Shown: in pieces, positions 1 to 12,629 of the stretch
Position numbering within the stretch: position 1 is the first letter of the stretch
Layout: each line of letters opens with the position of its first letter
NCBI GenBank assembly: GCA_036172245.1
Contig: JAYWIR010000006.1
Coordinates: 1,550,001-1,614,000 of the forward strand
DNA from: Raillietiella orientalis
Lineage: Eukaryota
Reading direction: 5' to 3'
Length of the DNA: 64,000 nucleotides
Notes under the pieces: model-generated
Databases searched by the model: none
Told to the model about the DNA's origin: nothing
Seen by the model: only the letters and a program-made list of their open reading frames with translations
Position numbers and translations under genes: made by a program

Positions 1-99
1 AACGGGAGTACCCAGAAGGGGAGGTGAAGCGCTCGCCTGGTGGATATGCTCACGACGGTAGCCCGGAGTTCCCGCCGTCCCGGAAGAAAAATCCCCCTG

Positions 100-1610
100 G
101 GCTGGCGGGTTGCCTCCGAGGCTCCGTCGTTCCAACGGTATGGGTCTGTGTGTCGCAAGTGATCCAGAGGTGAGCTCAGGGGGAGCTGCTGCTGCGGTTC
201 CTCCGCATCCCGCTCTCAGTCCGCGCCTGCAGGGGAGGTGCGGTGGCGACGCGCGCGCGGACGTCCTCGAAGGGGCCGGGGGCACAGGGAAACAATAGGT
301 GGGCGAGTGCCGATTCTCCATGCAGCCCGAAGACCGGAGGAGGAGGGTTCCTCCCCCCCCCTCCCTCTCGTGATGGTAGAACAAAGCCCGATTGAATGCC
401 CGACGGCGAATCCAATGTTCCTCTTCTCTCCCCCTTCCCTTCCCTCTCCCCTTTCAGTGACTGAAGGTAAGGGAAGAGCAGGTCCAAGAACTCGAGCGGG
501 AACGAAATCAAAAAAAAGACAGAAAATCCAAGGTCGACGCCTCTTCAGCGAAGATTCGGCTGTGAGTTGTCGCGCGGAGCAACCCAGTACAAGAAGGGGC
601 AATCCCTTGACAACGAGAAAGACGGGACGTGAGAAAAAGGAGAGATCTGACGCTGGCAAACAGCACCGGCGGACGCCGGTCTTCGTCCCAGGGAGCAAAA
701 AAAGTTCCTGCCTCTCCCTCCAGGAGGTTGGCTCTGGGAGCTCCCCTGTGGTTCGTGGATTCCGAACAAAACGACTAGCTGCCGCCGCCTCGAAGCCGCA
801 TCCAATCTTCGGCTCCCGGAGCTCGTGGAGGAAGGCAGCAGCAGAGGAACCGAAGAGCACATGGACCACGAGAAGGGCCAGTGCTTCTCTCACAAAGCTC
901 TAAAGCCGAGAGCCGTTCGCGTGTCACGTGGATCATTGGGAAGGCGTCTAATTCCAGCCTCGCGCCGCCTGTGCAGTCTGCTCGAAAGTTGCCCATCCTG
1001 TCCGTCCACTTCGTGGCCAAACTTCGTGGTCCAGCTGGAGACTCTTTCATAGCAACCAGGAACTCGAGCATCTCGTGAGGCACGTAGGTTCCCCTTCTGG
1101 AAGGGAGCGAATCGTCCGAACGCGCAGCCCTCGTCGCGTGCCCATCGCCTTCGGCGGAAGCTTTCAGGAACCCAGAGAGAAATCGGCCAGGACCACACTC
1201 CTCAGGGGAAGGGGTACATACAGGCACCCTCCGCAGATCCCAGAGAAAGCCCATCTCTCCGGAAGCGACGCTCCTCCACGGGAGGTTCGCTGGTTTGCAT
1301 CATGAAACACGTGGAAGATTCCCAGGAACTGGAACGACTCCGGAGCCGCCTGTCGGCAGCGTGCTTCCTTTCTCATCTCGGATTGACGGGCCATGCATTT
1401 AAAGCAGATAAATAAATCCAAAAAGTTCGCAGACACGTAAGAAGAACGAGGGGAAAACATTCCCATCATTTTTGGAACCTTCTTCGACTGTGGTTCAATC
1501 TACGTGCTTCTTCAGCTGGAGAACGCAGTTGTTCGGACTGGAGCTTGTCCTCGAGGTTCGACCCTGCTCCTTTCACAGTCGTGCAGTGCTGACCCCCACG
1601 CAGCAGAATA
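100..1610 (-). mobile_element. Decayed Ty3/gypsy pol remnant (RT C-terminal part, RNase H, integrase)
   Basis: Minus-strand motif remnants in gypsy order: PESFQFLGIFHVF (~RSFLGLxNYY), FLKASAEGDG (~TDASxxGxG), LPSRRGTYVPHEMLEFLVAMK (~AERNYxTHEKELLA), LPEPTSWRERQELFLLPGTKTG (~integrase PLPIPxRPW...LPKT). Several frameshifts and stops. Confidence 0.7.
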
Positions 1611-1649
1611 GCGGGGGGGGGGGAAACGGAAGAGGGACGTCCCATTCAG

Positions 1650-4600
1650 GGTGTGCGGGCGGAAGTTCGCCGTCGAGGTTCGAACCTGAGTCCTCGGGAT
1701 TCGATGCCGGGTCTACGTACTACGAACTCAGCACCGGCTCTGTCCGCCTCCTCCTTCCAGAATGGATGGAACAACCAGAGTTCCTCGTTGGTAGACCCAC
1801 CTCGATCTTGACCGAGAGGCCGAGGAGGGACACCCATCAACAGAAACCTCTGAGTTTCCCCCAAATCGATCGCCCTCCTGTGAATCAAGCTGCTGGCCGA
1901 TCTTCCAGTCGCTCCCGGTTTCAAGCGGGTGCACCCGGTGGCTGCGTCCCCCCGCAGGATATTCCGGAGGACACTGAAAGCCTCCCCAGGCGCTTGGCGT
2001 AGTGGCGAGGGATTTACGGACCTCGAAGTGTTTGATCGTTTCCCGGGTCCAGCGATGCTAACGATCCCACACGAGGATTCCGCCTACCGAGCCCGGGATG
2101 ATCCCCTGGGATGACGTCAGGGGAGCCACGCTTCCGTTCCCCCTCTTCTTCTTGTTCCCCGGAACCAGTCCGAGTACTTTCCTGATGTTCCCGATGGGAC
2201 ATCTCACGTCCGGTCTTATGGCCTCGATCTGTCCTTCGTAACAGGAGATGCAGGCGCAGGGGACATGCGAGTGGGCATCCGGTATTTCCCTTCGACAGGA
2301 CGCCTTCCCGCCTTCCGTTCACTCCCCGTGCCTTAACGACGCGCGCCTGACGATCGTCTCGTCGCGGCGTGCACAGACAGCGGCGCCGTAGGCAGGAGTT
2401 CAGAGGGAGCGTCGGTTTCCTGCCCCCCCCCTCTCCCCGGTCCGCAACACGAACCTGCGGCAGGATCTTGGATCTCCTTCTTGTCTCTCGGACGTTCCTC
2501 TTCTGCCCAGAAAGCTTTGCCACCCCATGTGTGCGTGATCTGAAAATCGTGGGTCGTCTCCAGGGTATTGGAAGAGGGGTTGACTCTCGCATTATAGTTT
2601 CCCCGGATCGCTTCGCCAACGTCCCCTGCCTTTCCCCGCTCTTACAGTCTCTCCACGTCCTTATCGGAGGGTCACCTGGAAACCTTCACGAACCTCCCCT
2701 CGCGGAGTACCCCGATGAACGAAAAGCGGGATGGGGAGGGGGGGAGGGCAGGATTCGAACGGCTGTCTGCGGAGATGCTGAGGATCACAACGCCCTTGCC
2801 AATCCCGCTTTTGCCCCGGGGATTTCCTTCTCGTGTCACAAGCAGAGGGAGGGAAACTCGAGAACGGGGGGCCAGGAAAACTGGGAGAGGGGGAGGAGGC
2901 GCTGGAGGCGGCGGAAAGGAAAGAATCTTTTTTTCCTCTCCGAGTGCGCAGGGTGGTGGTGGCAACACTGCAAGGCAGGAAGAAGCCCTCACTCGTTTCC
3001 GGCAGGAAAGCGTTCAAATCTCGTCGGGGGCAGATCTGGAAAGGGTGGGAAGGCATTAGGCCGTAAGTCAATAAATCAATAGGAGCGGAATGGACCAGCC
3101 GAACTGTGGTGATGGTGAATCCCCAGGGCGTCCGAGAAGGGGCGAAAAGGGAAATGGGATGCTATGAACCGGTAACGACTTGGTCTGTCCTCAATCACCC
3201 CGACGCTCCCTTTTATTTTATTCTACCTTCCAGGTTTGGGCCCACTTCACTGCATCCCTCACGGCTACCGCGAGAGGCTTTCTCGGATGGAGGCTGTCTT
3301 CTTCTTCCGTGCCGGAGGCTGTTGCCGTCGTTCCATCAGGTGGAAAGAGAGGACCAGAGGAGAGCCAGCAACTCAGCCCGGGGAGGCGGACGGAGGTCTC
3401 CTTGGTGCTCCTTTCTTTCCTCGGGGAGTCTTCGCGCCGCGCCCCTCCTTAGGGGTGGTCGCATCGACCGCGTAAGCGGTGGCAGCCTCGAGGCGCGACG
3501 ACATCCAGAGCGTTCGTGCAGCTTCTCCTCCTCCTACCCTTTACTCGGTCCCCGAAACCGAGGGGGCCATGGTTGGGGCAAGGGATGGAGCATCCCCCGG
3601 TTCCGACATGCGCACAAGGGGGCCGGGATTCCCGTCCTCAGCCCTGCAGCACTGCTTCAGGTCTTCCTCAGAGCCGGGTACCTATAGAAGCACCGCAGAG
3701 CGAAGGTCCGTGGAGGTGCAGCGGCTGCTCGGCCGCAGAAGCTCCTCCGGGTCAGCTCCTCTCCTTCCCGGCTTCCAGAGTGTGCCCTCTGCAGGTACCC
3801 CACGGAAATTCCTCCATTGCCCGCCGTCCGGGTGCTCCGTTTCCTTTTCCCGCCCCATCGAGGAGACCCAGATCGCAGGTCATCCTCCCCCCCCTCTCCC
3901 CCGGATCCGGCGTTATTCACTGCCTTTCCGAGTCTCCCACGCCACTCCGCAACGTCTGTGCTTCCGACGCGCTCTTTCTCGGCCGACTTTCGAGGCGGTG
4001 GGGTCTGTGATGACTCCTCGTCCGGATCGGCCCCTCCTGTGACAGATGACCCGCAGGCAGGTCATGCCCGTCCTCGAACTTGAGCCCTTTTCACACCTCC
4101 CCCTCTCGCATTCCCGTCTGAACCGACCCCCCACCCTCTTCCTCTAGCGGGCTGCTCCATGATAGTTTGCCTCCCCGACCTCGTGCTATCTTGCGGCGAC
4201 CACTGGAGAGGAAACGAGCGTCACTTCCCTCAACCATCCGGAGTTGGAGGGGGGGCGCAGCGTGTGGGGGTCCTTGGAGCATGCAAAACCACCACGAGAG
4301 TAGACCGTGAACCTCCCTACGGGGGCTGGCTCAGGTCCTCCGGGTCACTCCCGGAGCGACACCCTTTCCCTTCCCAGGACTTGCGGCCAGTTGGGAAGAG
4401 GGGGGAACGAAGCCGCGCGGAGTCTGCCCGTCGTTGGAATCGCTCGTCTGCTCCCCTTCCCACAGCACCAAGGAGCAGGACCGTAATCCGGGAAACCCAG
4501 AATGGTTCCCGTTCCCGGACGAGTGCCCCTTCCTACGATCCGCTCGCTTCGTGCTCCCAAGGCGTTCCTAAACTCGCGAAGGGGCTGCACTCGTCCCGGC

Positions 4601-5040
4601 GACACTCTCCCTGTTCGCCCTCCCGAGGCAGCGCTTGCGGAGTGCACTGGGAAGTGCTCTGGGGGATGGGTTGGGAGCGGGGTGTGGGATCCAAGCCTCG
4701 GATTACCGTCGAGCCACCGGCGCGCGCAGCTCCCTTTCGTGGGAAAGCTGCAAGTGGAGGGGAGAGGCGGCGAGAAGCGCAGCCTCCCTTCCTCTTCTCA
4801 ATCTCTTTTGGATGCCCGGCTCGTATGTGGGGCATAGCTGGAGGCTTCCTCATCACTGCAGCCACAGTCTCGCATCCCCTGGTGGCACCCTCTGACATCC
4901 TACGCCGCTTACCTCATCCCTACTTTCCCTTTGCGGGCCTTCGTGTCTCAATCTGGATCTTCCCTCAGGGAACGAAGATTCTGGCAAGTTCCCTGAAGTG
5001 TTCCCAGGTGCTTTCTCTTCCCTTCAACTTCTCCCCTTGT
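1650..5040 (-). mobile_element. Decayed chromovirus-like Ty3/gypsy element (gag, protease, RT start, integrase, possible chromodomain), internally deleted
   Basis: STWEHFRELARIFVP (~5010, gag); PWCCGKGS (~4470, zinc-knuckle remnant); LRMVEGSDARFLS (~4230, ~ALVDSGATHNFIS); EGFFLPCSVATTTLRTRRGKKDS (~2960, ~GFIRPSSSP...KKDG); TPLPIPWRRP...RRRSK (~2570, integrase); NPEDSGSNL (~1690, chromodomain-like). Confidence 0.65.
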
Positions 5041-5235
5041 TCTCTCTCTTCTCCTCTTCCTCTTTTTTGATTCCACTTCTCTACCTCCTTTTCTCCTCCC
5101 TCCTCCCCCCCCTTTATAATTCTCTTCCTCCTCTTCCTCTTTTGTTCTCTTCTTCTACTCGCTCTCTCCTCCCGTTTCTGCTACTTTTCGTTCTTTTCCT
5201 CTTCTTCCACTGCCCCGTTTGCGCTTCTTTCCCCT
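5030..5235. repeat. Pyrimidine-rich (CT/CTT/CCT) low-complexity tract
   Basis: The + strand is almost entirely C/T here. Confidence 0.85.
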
Positions 5236-5699
5236 CTCCCCCCCTTCTCCCAGACCAGGAATGCAGGCAATTTGCGACTTTCCCATGCGGTGGCCAGTTG
5301 GCTCAGTTCGCTGGAGTTCGCGCAGGGGTCCTCTCCGCCGTCTTCCCGGGTCGCAGCTTCTCGTGATGCACGAACGGGTGCCGCCCCGTTCGTTAGATTC
5401 GGTTGCTGCCCGAAAGAGAAAACCGTGGGAGTCTCCCCTCCCCTCCCCTCTGAATTTCCATTCGTTTGACTTCGCCTGCGCGGAGGAACATCGGCGTCTG
5501 CGTGCCGCACGCCGGAGGGTGCCCTGGGGAGGGAGGGAGCGCGGGCACGGGAGGGGGAACGCCGAGACGAATCCAACCTCCCCCTCTCCCTCGTCCCCTC
5601 CCGCCCGGGTGGAATCGCCGACGGCAGGACGGCTTTGTGGCCGGCTTTGTCCTCATCGGAAGGAACAGCCTGGAGCAGCCACGCAGGTGCTCCGAAGGC

Positions 5700-8310
5700 A
5701 TCCGAGAGCGGGCTTCCCCCGGGACCCCACCTCCAGAAGGAGATGGTCTCTAGATCCGGCATCCTCCCTTGATGTCCTGTCTTCCTGAAGTGCCATAAAG
5801 GGGGGAGGGGAAATATGCAGCTCCTCGTCCCGTTGCCGGCGTTCTTGAGACGTGCCCTCGGGGCCCGTCGTGCTACCACGGCAGAGGATGGCGCTCTGGG
5901 AACGGAGACAAGCCACCCACGGGCCCCTTTCACCTCGCACCGTCCCTGGGATTTCGGGAGGGGTTGGGTGAGGGGAGAGGACTTGCAGAGGAAGGGAGCC
6001 GATTGTTGAGTGGAATCCCTACGGACTCGATACCCCGGCACTCTTCCCTTCCCCTGCCTCCCTCCCCTGATGGTTGTTGGGGATGACGTCACCGTCAGAC
6101 ACCCTATTCCGCCGTCCTGCCAGGATAGGTGGCGCCCCTTGTCTCTCTTGCGCGATTTCATTGCGATGGCTTGTCCCCAGAAGCAGCTTCGTCATCCCTG
6201 TTGCGCTTCCCAGGAGTGCCAGTAAGAATGGGGAAGGGCCATCGTGGGGAAGCAGCAGCGCCAACACGCGTCACGACCCGAGGTCCAGACCTCATTCTCC
6301 CTTCTGGACCCTTCGCGCAGCTCGCGGAGCTCGTCCAGTTCGCAGCCACCCTGATCACTCCTCTCTCCCGGGGACTGCGCGGGCCTCCAGGGAAGAAGCC
6401 TCGCCTTCATGGGAGGCGGCTCGGCCACCATCCGGGATGAGGGCACCCTGGAATAAGTATTGCCATCTCCCGGAGGGCCAATGTGTCGGCCTCCCGGCAG
6501 GAGCCGCGAGGTGAGTGAGGGGGAAGGGCCTTGAGGGTAGCGCGGTCCAATTGCGGCGCTACATAGAACGGGGGGCGAGGAAACCTGGGGTGGGGGGAGG
6601 AGGCGCTGGCGGTGGCGGAAAGGAAAGAATTTTTTTTTTCCCTCCCGGAGTGCGCAGAGTGGTGGTGGCAACACTGCAAGGCAGGAAGAAATCAGAGTGT
6701 GCCCTTGCGAGCGGCCGACCCAGGTGCGTCTCAGGTGAATCTTCGAGTGCTCTTCGCCGCCCCCGGTCTCTCCCAGATCAACGGAGGGTGCAGAGGTGCT
6801 GACCCCTCCCCCATATTCTATCCCCTCTCCAAGACCCGGCAGTGCGGAGCCGTGGTGGCGGAGGAAGGTGGGGAGGGGGTAAGAGAGGGAAGAAGGGGGG
6901 AGAGCAAAAAGTGAAGTGAAGAGCATTTCTTCGAGACCTCCCGCCCTTCGACGAGGCGGGACTCCTCTCGGAACTGCCGCAATTGAAGGGGACGCGAGGC
7001 CGCCTCCCCGATACCCCGGAGCGGTCTCCAGGGAGACGGTAGAATCCGCTCCTCAGGGGACCAAGGCACCCCGGAAACCGCTGCCGTCACTCGTTTAGCG
7101 GACAATCCGTGCAGCGGCGGCGATCCGAAAAGGAGGGGGGGGGAGCGATTCCGGAATTCCCTCCTCTTTGTCGAAAAGTTCCTTTTCCTCTTACCGGGAA
7201 AAGGGGAAAGGGGGGAGGGAAGAGAGAGAAGGAGAAGGAGAAAAAAGTTTTCCCCTTTCCGGTTTCCCGGAGATGCACTTCTTAATCGCGCGTTCGATCA
7301 TCCCTTCGTCCCGGAATCGATGGCGCGTCCCGGTCCCCAGCGACCCGGGAAGGACTCGCTTTTTCCCCCTTTTCTCCCCCTCCCCTCCCTCGACTCGTGA
7401 AGTTTGGGCAGGCTCAGAGACGCCGAGACGGAAGAAGCTCCTTGCCTCAGGCTGTGAGCCGCGCGGTGCCAGCAGCAGTGCCCTCCTCCTGCTCGGGGAC
7501 CGCGTGCAACTCCCTCCCTGTCCCTTATTCCCTCCCCATCCGCGGGCCTGGGAGCTCGCTGTGGGTTCCCGAGGTCCGTCGACCCCTGGTGACGCCCAGC
7601 GGCCGACGCACCTCGGGGACCACGAGCGCTCCCGTCCTTTCTGCTTTCTCGAAAAACTCCAGGAAGGAGAGCAGGCGGGGGCAGAGGGTGGTGTCCCCTC
7701 CCCTACCCGGGGGGGGGGATGGGGGAAGGGGTCAGGCGTTGCCTTTGGAAGCGAAGTCTCTCTGCCCATAGAGTTCCGGGTAGCGCTCCCGATGGTCTCT
7801 TTGGCTTCCTCCGCGAGTTCTGCGATGCCTTTTTCCTGCCTTGTGGACTCTGTCCGTCCTCTCTCTCCGCCATACTCATTCAGGGTCTGCGCGGAAAGCA
7901 CTCGCTTACTCCCCAGAAAATGCTGAAGAGGTCCCCGCGTCAGGAAGAGCATCGGAGTTACGGGATGGGGGAGCCATCTCAAGGTTGCCCTGGTGGGTGA
8001 AAGGAGGATCTCCGGACTCTCAGAGCCGTCTTCAGGTCGAGGTACAAGAGAAAGTCCTCCTCCTCCTTCTCCTCCTTGCCGCGATTCCGACTGCGCTTCA
8101 CGCGCCTCTCGGAAGCAGTCGGTCGTCAAGGTGATCCCAGAGCGCCCGCTCTTGCCATCCGGAAGCTGGAGCTCCTTGCAGAGAAAACGATGCTCGCACG
8201 GCCTCTGCGAAAGCGGAGAAGCAAACAAAAAAAAAAAAATATCCCTCTGACCCCCTCTGAGCTCTTCTGATAACAGCAGCAAACACAGGTCCACACTTAT
8301 CTTCATTTCT
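5700..8310 (-). mobile_element. Decayed Ty3/gypsy gag-PR-RT-RH remnant
   Basis: Gag-like QHFLGSKRVLSAQTLNE; GRAIDSGTKG at ~7320 (aspartic protease DSG); RT start at ~6690; EMAILIPGCPHPGWWPSRL (~KTAFxTPxGxYExxVMPFGL); RNase H-like segment at 6020-5820. Confidence 0.65.
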
Positions 8311-8469
8311 CAAGTGCACTCATCCATCTCTGCATCCGGAAACAAATAAAAGGGGAAAAGACAGCTCGCCTCCCTGTTTCGGGAAGGTTCTGCCGCCTCC
8401 TTCCACTAGAAGGATTGTAATCCGGAAAGTCCATAGATGGCGGGGCAGTCCAAATGCGACGGACGAGTT

Positions 8470-8640
8470 GAAAGGGAAGAGGAAGGCGGGAAGGAATGAT
8501 GGTGATGGTGGTTGTTGGTAGTGGTGATAATGATGGCGATGCGGAGGAGGAAAGGAGGAAGGGGGAGGAGGAAGAATAGGAAGGAGAATGAGAAAGGGAG
8601 GAAGGAGGCAGGTGGAAGGGAGGAGGAGGAAGCAGGATTC
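8470..8640. repeat. Purine-rich (GGA/GAA/TGG) low-complexity tract
   Basis: Degenerate triplet microsatellite visible in the sequence. Confidence 0.85.
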
Positions 8641-8999
8641 GTCAGCGTATCGTTCGTCCCTTCAGGACGCGTGATTTCTTCGGCGCCGAGCCGCCGCCGC
8701 CACCCCCGCACGCGCAAAGGCCTTTTGGGGAGAGGCGTCGAATTCCGCTGCTGACGGTACGCACGCGGGGGGAAATTTGCGCGTCTTCTCGAGAGGTAGC
8801 CGCCTTCTCCTCTTCCTTCCTTCCGTGCCAAGAACGCAAGCGGCCCGATGACACGGGGGTGGAGGTGGGTGTGACTTCTTTCCCCTCCTAATGTCGTGAG
8901 GGCCTGGAAGAGATCGTGGGCAAAGTGGGAAATGAGCGCATCTTCTGTCGATCATGCGCATCCCTGGATTTTCGAGCATCGGCCGTTTTTTTTCACTCC

Positions 9000-10650
9000 C
9001 CTCTTTCGCCATCTCAGTTCTTCTCTTTCCTGTCCGACGATTCTGGCGGAGTGAGGGCTGGCTGTTCCCAAACAACGGTCCAATGTTCGAGAAGGGAGAG
9101 TGTTCTCCGCTAGGTGAGATCCCTCATCCTTGCAAGTGAACGCAACTGCTGCCCACTCAGTAGGCGACGGGAATCGGATCCGACACTCAGGCACTGCGGA
9201 AGCGAAAACCCACCATCAGCTTTGGTGCAAGGAGTTCGGTTGCTAGGTCCCCAGCATTGTTGCGATCATCGGGGAACCTCATGGCAACCGTCGCTGGGGT
9301 AACTGGTTTTGTTGTCAGTGGAGAGAGAGAGAGAGACGTGGTAGCCAGGCTTTTTCGCGCTACCGATTAGAGGCACGCAGTTCACGGGCTTTGCCTTTCC
9401 AGCCCATGAGTAAGGCAGGAACGGAAGGGAAGAGGAGGTTCTACTCAGCCTCTCCCTTCTGCAATCCTGCTTCAGAAATGCACGGCTTTAAGCGGGAGCA
9501 CAATCTGCAGCAAACCTATGACTGCACTGGTCGTTATGGAAACTGCTGGGGATTCCATCCCTCTGAAAGTCCAGAACATTCCTGAACTAGCAAGCGCTTC
9601 GCTTTGTGCGTGAGGAAGGGGAGGGGGAGCTTTTCTGCTGGTAGCCGAGCGGGCCAAGTTGCTTTCTCTCAACGCGTCCCCTCAAAGCTGCCATGTCAAC
9701 GCGCGAGAGTCCCAAGTGCGCGCGCACGGAGCGTACGTAACTTGGCAACCGGAGCGCGATGTGAGGCCAGCGCCGCGCTCGTGATCCTTCCGAACGGACG
9801 ACGCAGGCATTTCGGTGCACATCCGCACCCGGCAGGTCACGCGACACTCGCGTGCGCAGCTCGCAATGCTCTCTTCGCAGAGAATTCCGGCGCGTGCGCC
9901 GTCGCAACTGCGCGCCGGAGGCGTTCCCGAACGTGCGGGAATGCCCGCGGGAGCGCGTTGTCGCCTGCATCCGAGCCAAGAGTCCCAGGAGGCTGCCCCG
10001 GCCACCCTCGTCTCAGCTCCCCTCGTTGAGCCGCGTTATTGTTTAGGAAGAACAAACGGGAGAGATGAGGAAGCGGGTGGTGGCGGAATGAGGGAGAGGC
10101 CCCCGAGCGGGGACGAAGAAGAGGGAAGAGCGATGGAAGTGGAAGGGAAAGGAGTGGGAAAGAGTCGAGAAGGAAGAGGGCGGTGGCGGACACGGGAGCG
10201 CGGGACCTTCCCGCGGCTTCGCTCAGAAGCCCTCGGGAAAGGCTCTCGGCTGCTTCCACCCGCGGGTCCGGCAGCGCCAGGTACTCGCCACGGCTCTCAT
10301 TCCAGGGAGCCGCTCTCAAGCTGCCAGCCACTCCCTCGGGGACGACGGACAGGGGTGAAACGAGGGATGCGTTCCCCAAACGAGGACTGCCGGGAGTGCC
10401 TTTTCCGAGCTCGGACCTTGCTGCTTCTGGCGTGTCGAAAAAGTGGCTGGACTCGCGATTTTCTCCTTCTCCCTTGAGGAAGATTGTAAGCGCAGGGGAC
10501 TGGGATACTAACTGATGGAGAGGAGGGGAGAGGGATGAGGGGAAGAGGGCACGAGGATTTCTGGTTCCGTGCGACTTTGCGACTTGCTCGCCGTGAGTCC
10601 CCCGTGCGTTCCCCCGCGGGATAAGGCATATCGGGATGAGCACTGTCCTT
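9000..10650 (-). pseudogene. hAT transposase pseudogene, DUF659 type
   Basis: ORF 9682-10005(-) reads GAASWDSWLGCRRQR (~GxTIxSDGWxDxRxR), VRMCTEMPAS (~VxxICTDNAS) and VTYAPCART (~IxWxPCAAH). Downstream MFW at ~9580, and SPTEW / QQLRSLA / EHW at 9170-9080 resemble the hAT C-terminal dimerisation region. Confidence 0.6.
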
Positions 10651-10855
10651 ATGGGTTTCCACTCCGCCCCTTTCGAGGAGCCCCCTTCGGGAGGACAGGA
10701 AGCTGGAAAGAGCCATCCTTCCGCCGCTGCCCATGGCTCAGTTCTCTCAAGGATCCTCCTCTCCTCCTTCCCTCTTACATCCCTCTGCCTACAGGACGGT
10801 GCGAGCGGACCGGGCCGGCTGCTGCTACCCTGGGATGTCGCACCCGCCTACTGCT

Positions 10856-10964
10856 TAGGTAGGTAAACAGGTTCGGTTAGGTAGATGGAAAGGTTTTCTT
10901 GAGTAGTTGGGTACGTTCGGATGGGTAGGTAGACAGGTTCGGTAAGGTAGGTGGGTATGTTCGC
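10856..10964. repeat. ~22-bp minisatellite, about 5 degenerate units (GGTAGGTA.ACAGGTTCGG)
   Basis: ggtaggtaaacaggttcggttaggtag (10858-10884) and ggtaggtagacaggttcggtaaggtag (10924-10950), plus related gtag.tgggta.gttcg units. Confidence 0.85.
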
Positions 10965-11393
10965 GGCCTGAGAGTGTGGAGAAGCAGACCCTTCCTCACA
11001 CGGCTGTGGACTGCCTTGCCCTCTGGCCATCTCGGGAGCGTTTCGGTATGGTCCTCCACTCACCAGGTGCGTGACTCTTTAGAGGATGTGCCGAAAGGAC
11101 TTCCCCTGTGGAGGAGCGCAGGGCCTCCTGGAGTGGCGATCCCGGCTCTCGGCTGCCTCCGTGGAATGGGTGGTGGCTGCCTGCAGAGCCACAACGGAGG
11201 AGCGCGGAGGAGGGTCGCGCCGACAGGGATGCCACCTACTTCGTCCCCGGCTCTTCCCAAGGGCAACATCATAGTCGAAGACGGAAGCGGAGACTCCATT
11301 ATTGCTGGGGATTCTCTACTCGAGGTGGCGCCACCTGGCTAGCGCCTCGGTGCCGGCGTCCTCCGGAGGATGCAGGAAACCGTGGAAATAGGC

Positions 11394-12490
11394 TGTGATC
11401 CTTTCCCTAACCTCCCCCGCTCAACAAAGACAAAATATTTTTATTATTCATCCTATTTGCTTATTTTTTTTTGTTTTGTTCTTCTACCCACCATTTCCAT
11501 CCTTAGACTCGTGACCTTGTTGCGCTATTCCTCTTTGGTGCTGTCATTCAAAACCCGGTAGAACCTACAGCCCTACTATTTGTTGCGAGTTGATGACAGT
11601 TCATCAATAGATGTCCCAAGATATCCAGGTGTCACGAGGCTGGAGAGAGGATCGCTCGAGTGGACTTCGAGAGAGGGCAGCACAGAAGAGGGATGGGAGA
11701 CACCGTCTGCGGAGGTAATGGAACACCCCCAAGGTGTGAAGATATGGGCGAGGTCGGTCACCCTCACAAGAGAGCAAATTGGGGTAGAGGGGGGATCGGA
11801 GATCGCTACGGTCATACTGCCACACACCAAGGTAGTCACTGCCGAAAGGCAATGTGAACTGGAACCCTCCCTACCCCCCCTTAAAAAATGGGATGTTAAA
11901 ACGTAAGGCACTGAGGTTGTGGTCGCGGAGACCTCGCGACCAATGGTCACTGAGGCTCCGCAACTGGTCACTGGTCGCACTCTGAACATTCTGTCTCCAC
12001 CGAGCTCGTTAGCGACAGCTCTCTGATGCCGGAAGCCATGACCGACCGGTCCTCTCTGGGCGCTTTCGCCGAGGCCGCAAATCTTCGCTGCTTTCCCTTC
12101 GGTGCGCTGGTATGCGGTCAGTGTCTGAGGCCCCGAGATGCGTCCCGGAAGGGCACCCGGAAGCGCATCTCTGCTGCTATCCCTAAGGGAAGCTCCGTGT
12201 GGCGAGGGCGGTCTCCGGACCCGCCTGCGTCTCCTGGTTGGTTTCCAGGAATGCTTCCCTCTGAACGGCTTTTGATCGCGCTTCTCGGGACGTTCGGAAA
12301 GATAGTCTTCCCGTACCCCTAATCTTTTCTCCATCGGTAGCCCCCTCAGAATGGACCCCACTGATCGTAGGAAGCCTTCGGTAAGCCTTCTTCGTCGGTA
12401 AAACTTTCTCCCGGAGTTGGGCTCCTTTAGGGAAACTCTCAAGTCTCGTGGTTTCCAGAGCTACTGGGCTCCTACCCAGCCATTTCTGGG
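11394..12490 (-). mobile_element. Probable LTR or other non-coding terminal sequence of a retroelement
   Basis: Lies just 3' of the minus-strand integrase-chromodomain remnant and a purine tract (~12615-12590). On the minus strand it ends ...AATAATAAAAAT...GGATCACA. Less GC-rich than its neighbours. No second copy in the window. Confidence 0.35.
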
Positions 12491-12629
12491 AGATGGAGGA
12501 AAGGGGAATCGCGCGTCTCCACCGCGGCGCTCGGCGCTCGGTCGCTCCTGGCGGTCTCCTTCAGCATCGAGGGGAAAGTCCCGGTGTTCCCATCCCTCCC
12601 CTTCCCTCCCTGCCGCCCCCGACCACCAC

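Noticed and set aside
2746..2765. B-box-like CGTTCGAATCC on the minus strand (also GGTTCGA at ~1555 and ~1677)
   Set aside because: There is no A-box or cloverleaf context and they lie in pol remnants, so they are probably chance matches.
8259..8273. Possible tRNA-Met primer-binding site (TGTTATCAGAAG on minus)
   Set aside because: It mismatches TGGTATCAGAGC and no adjacent LTR end can be shown.
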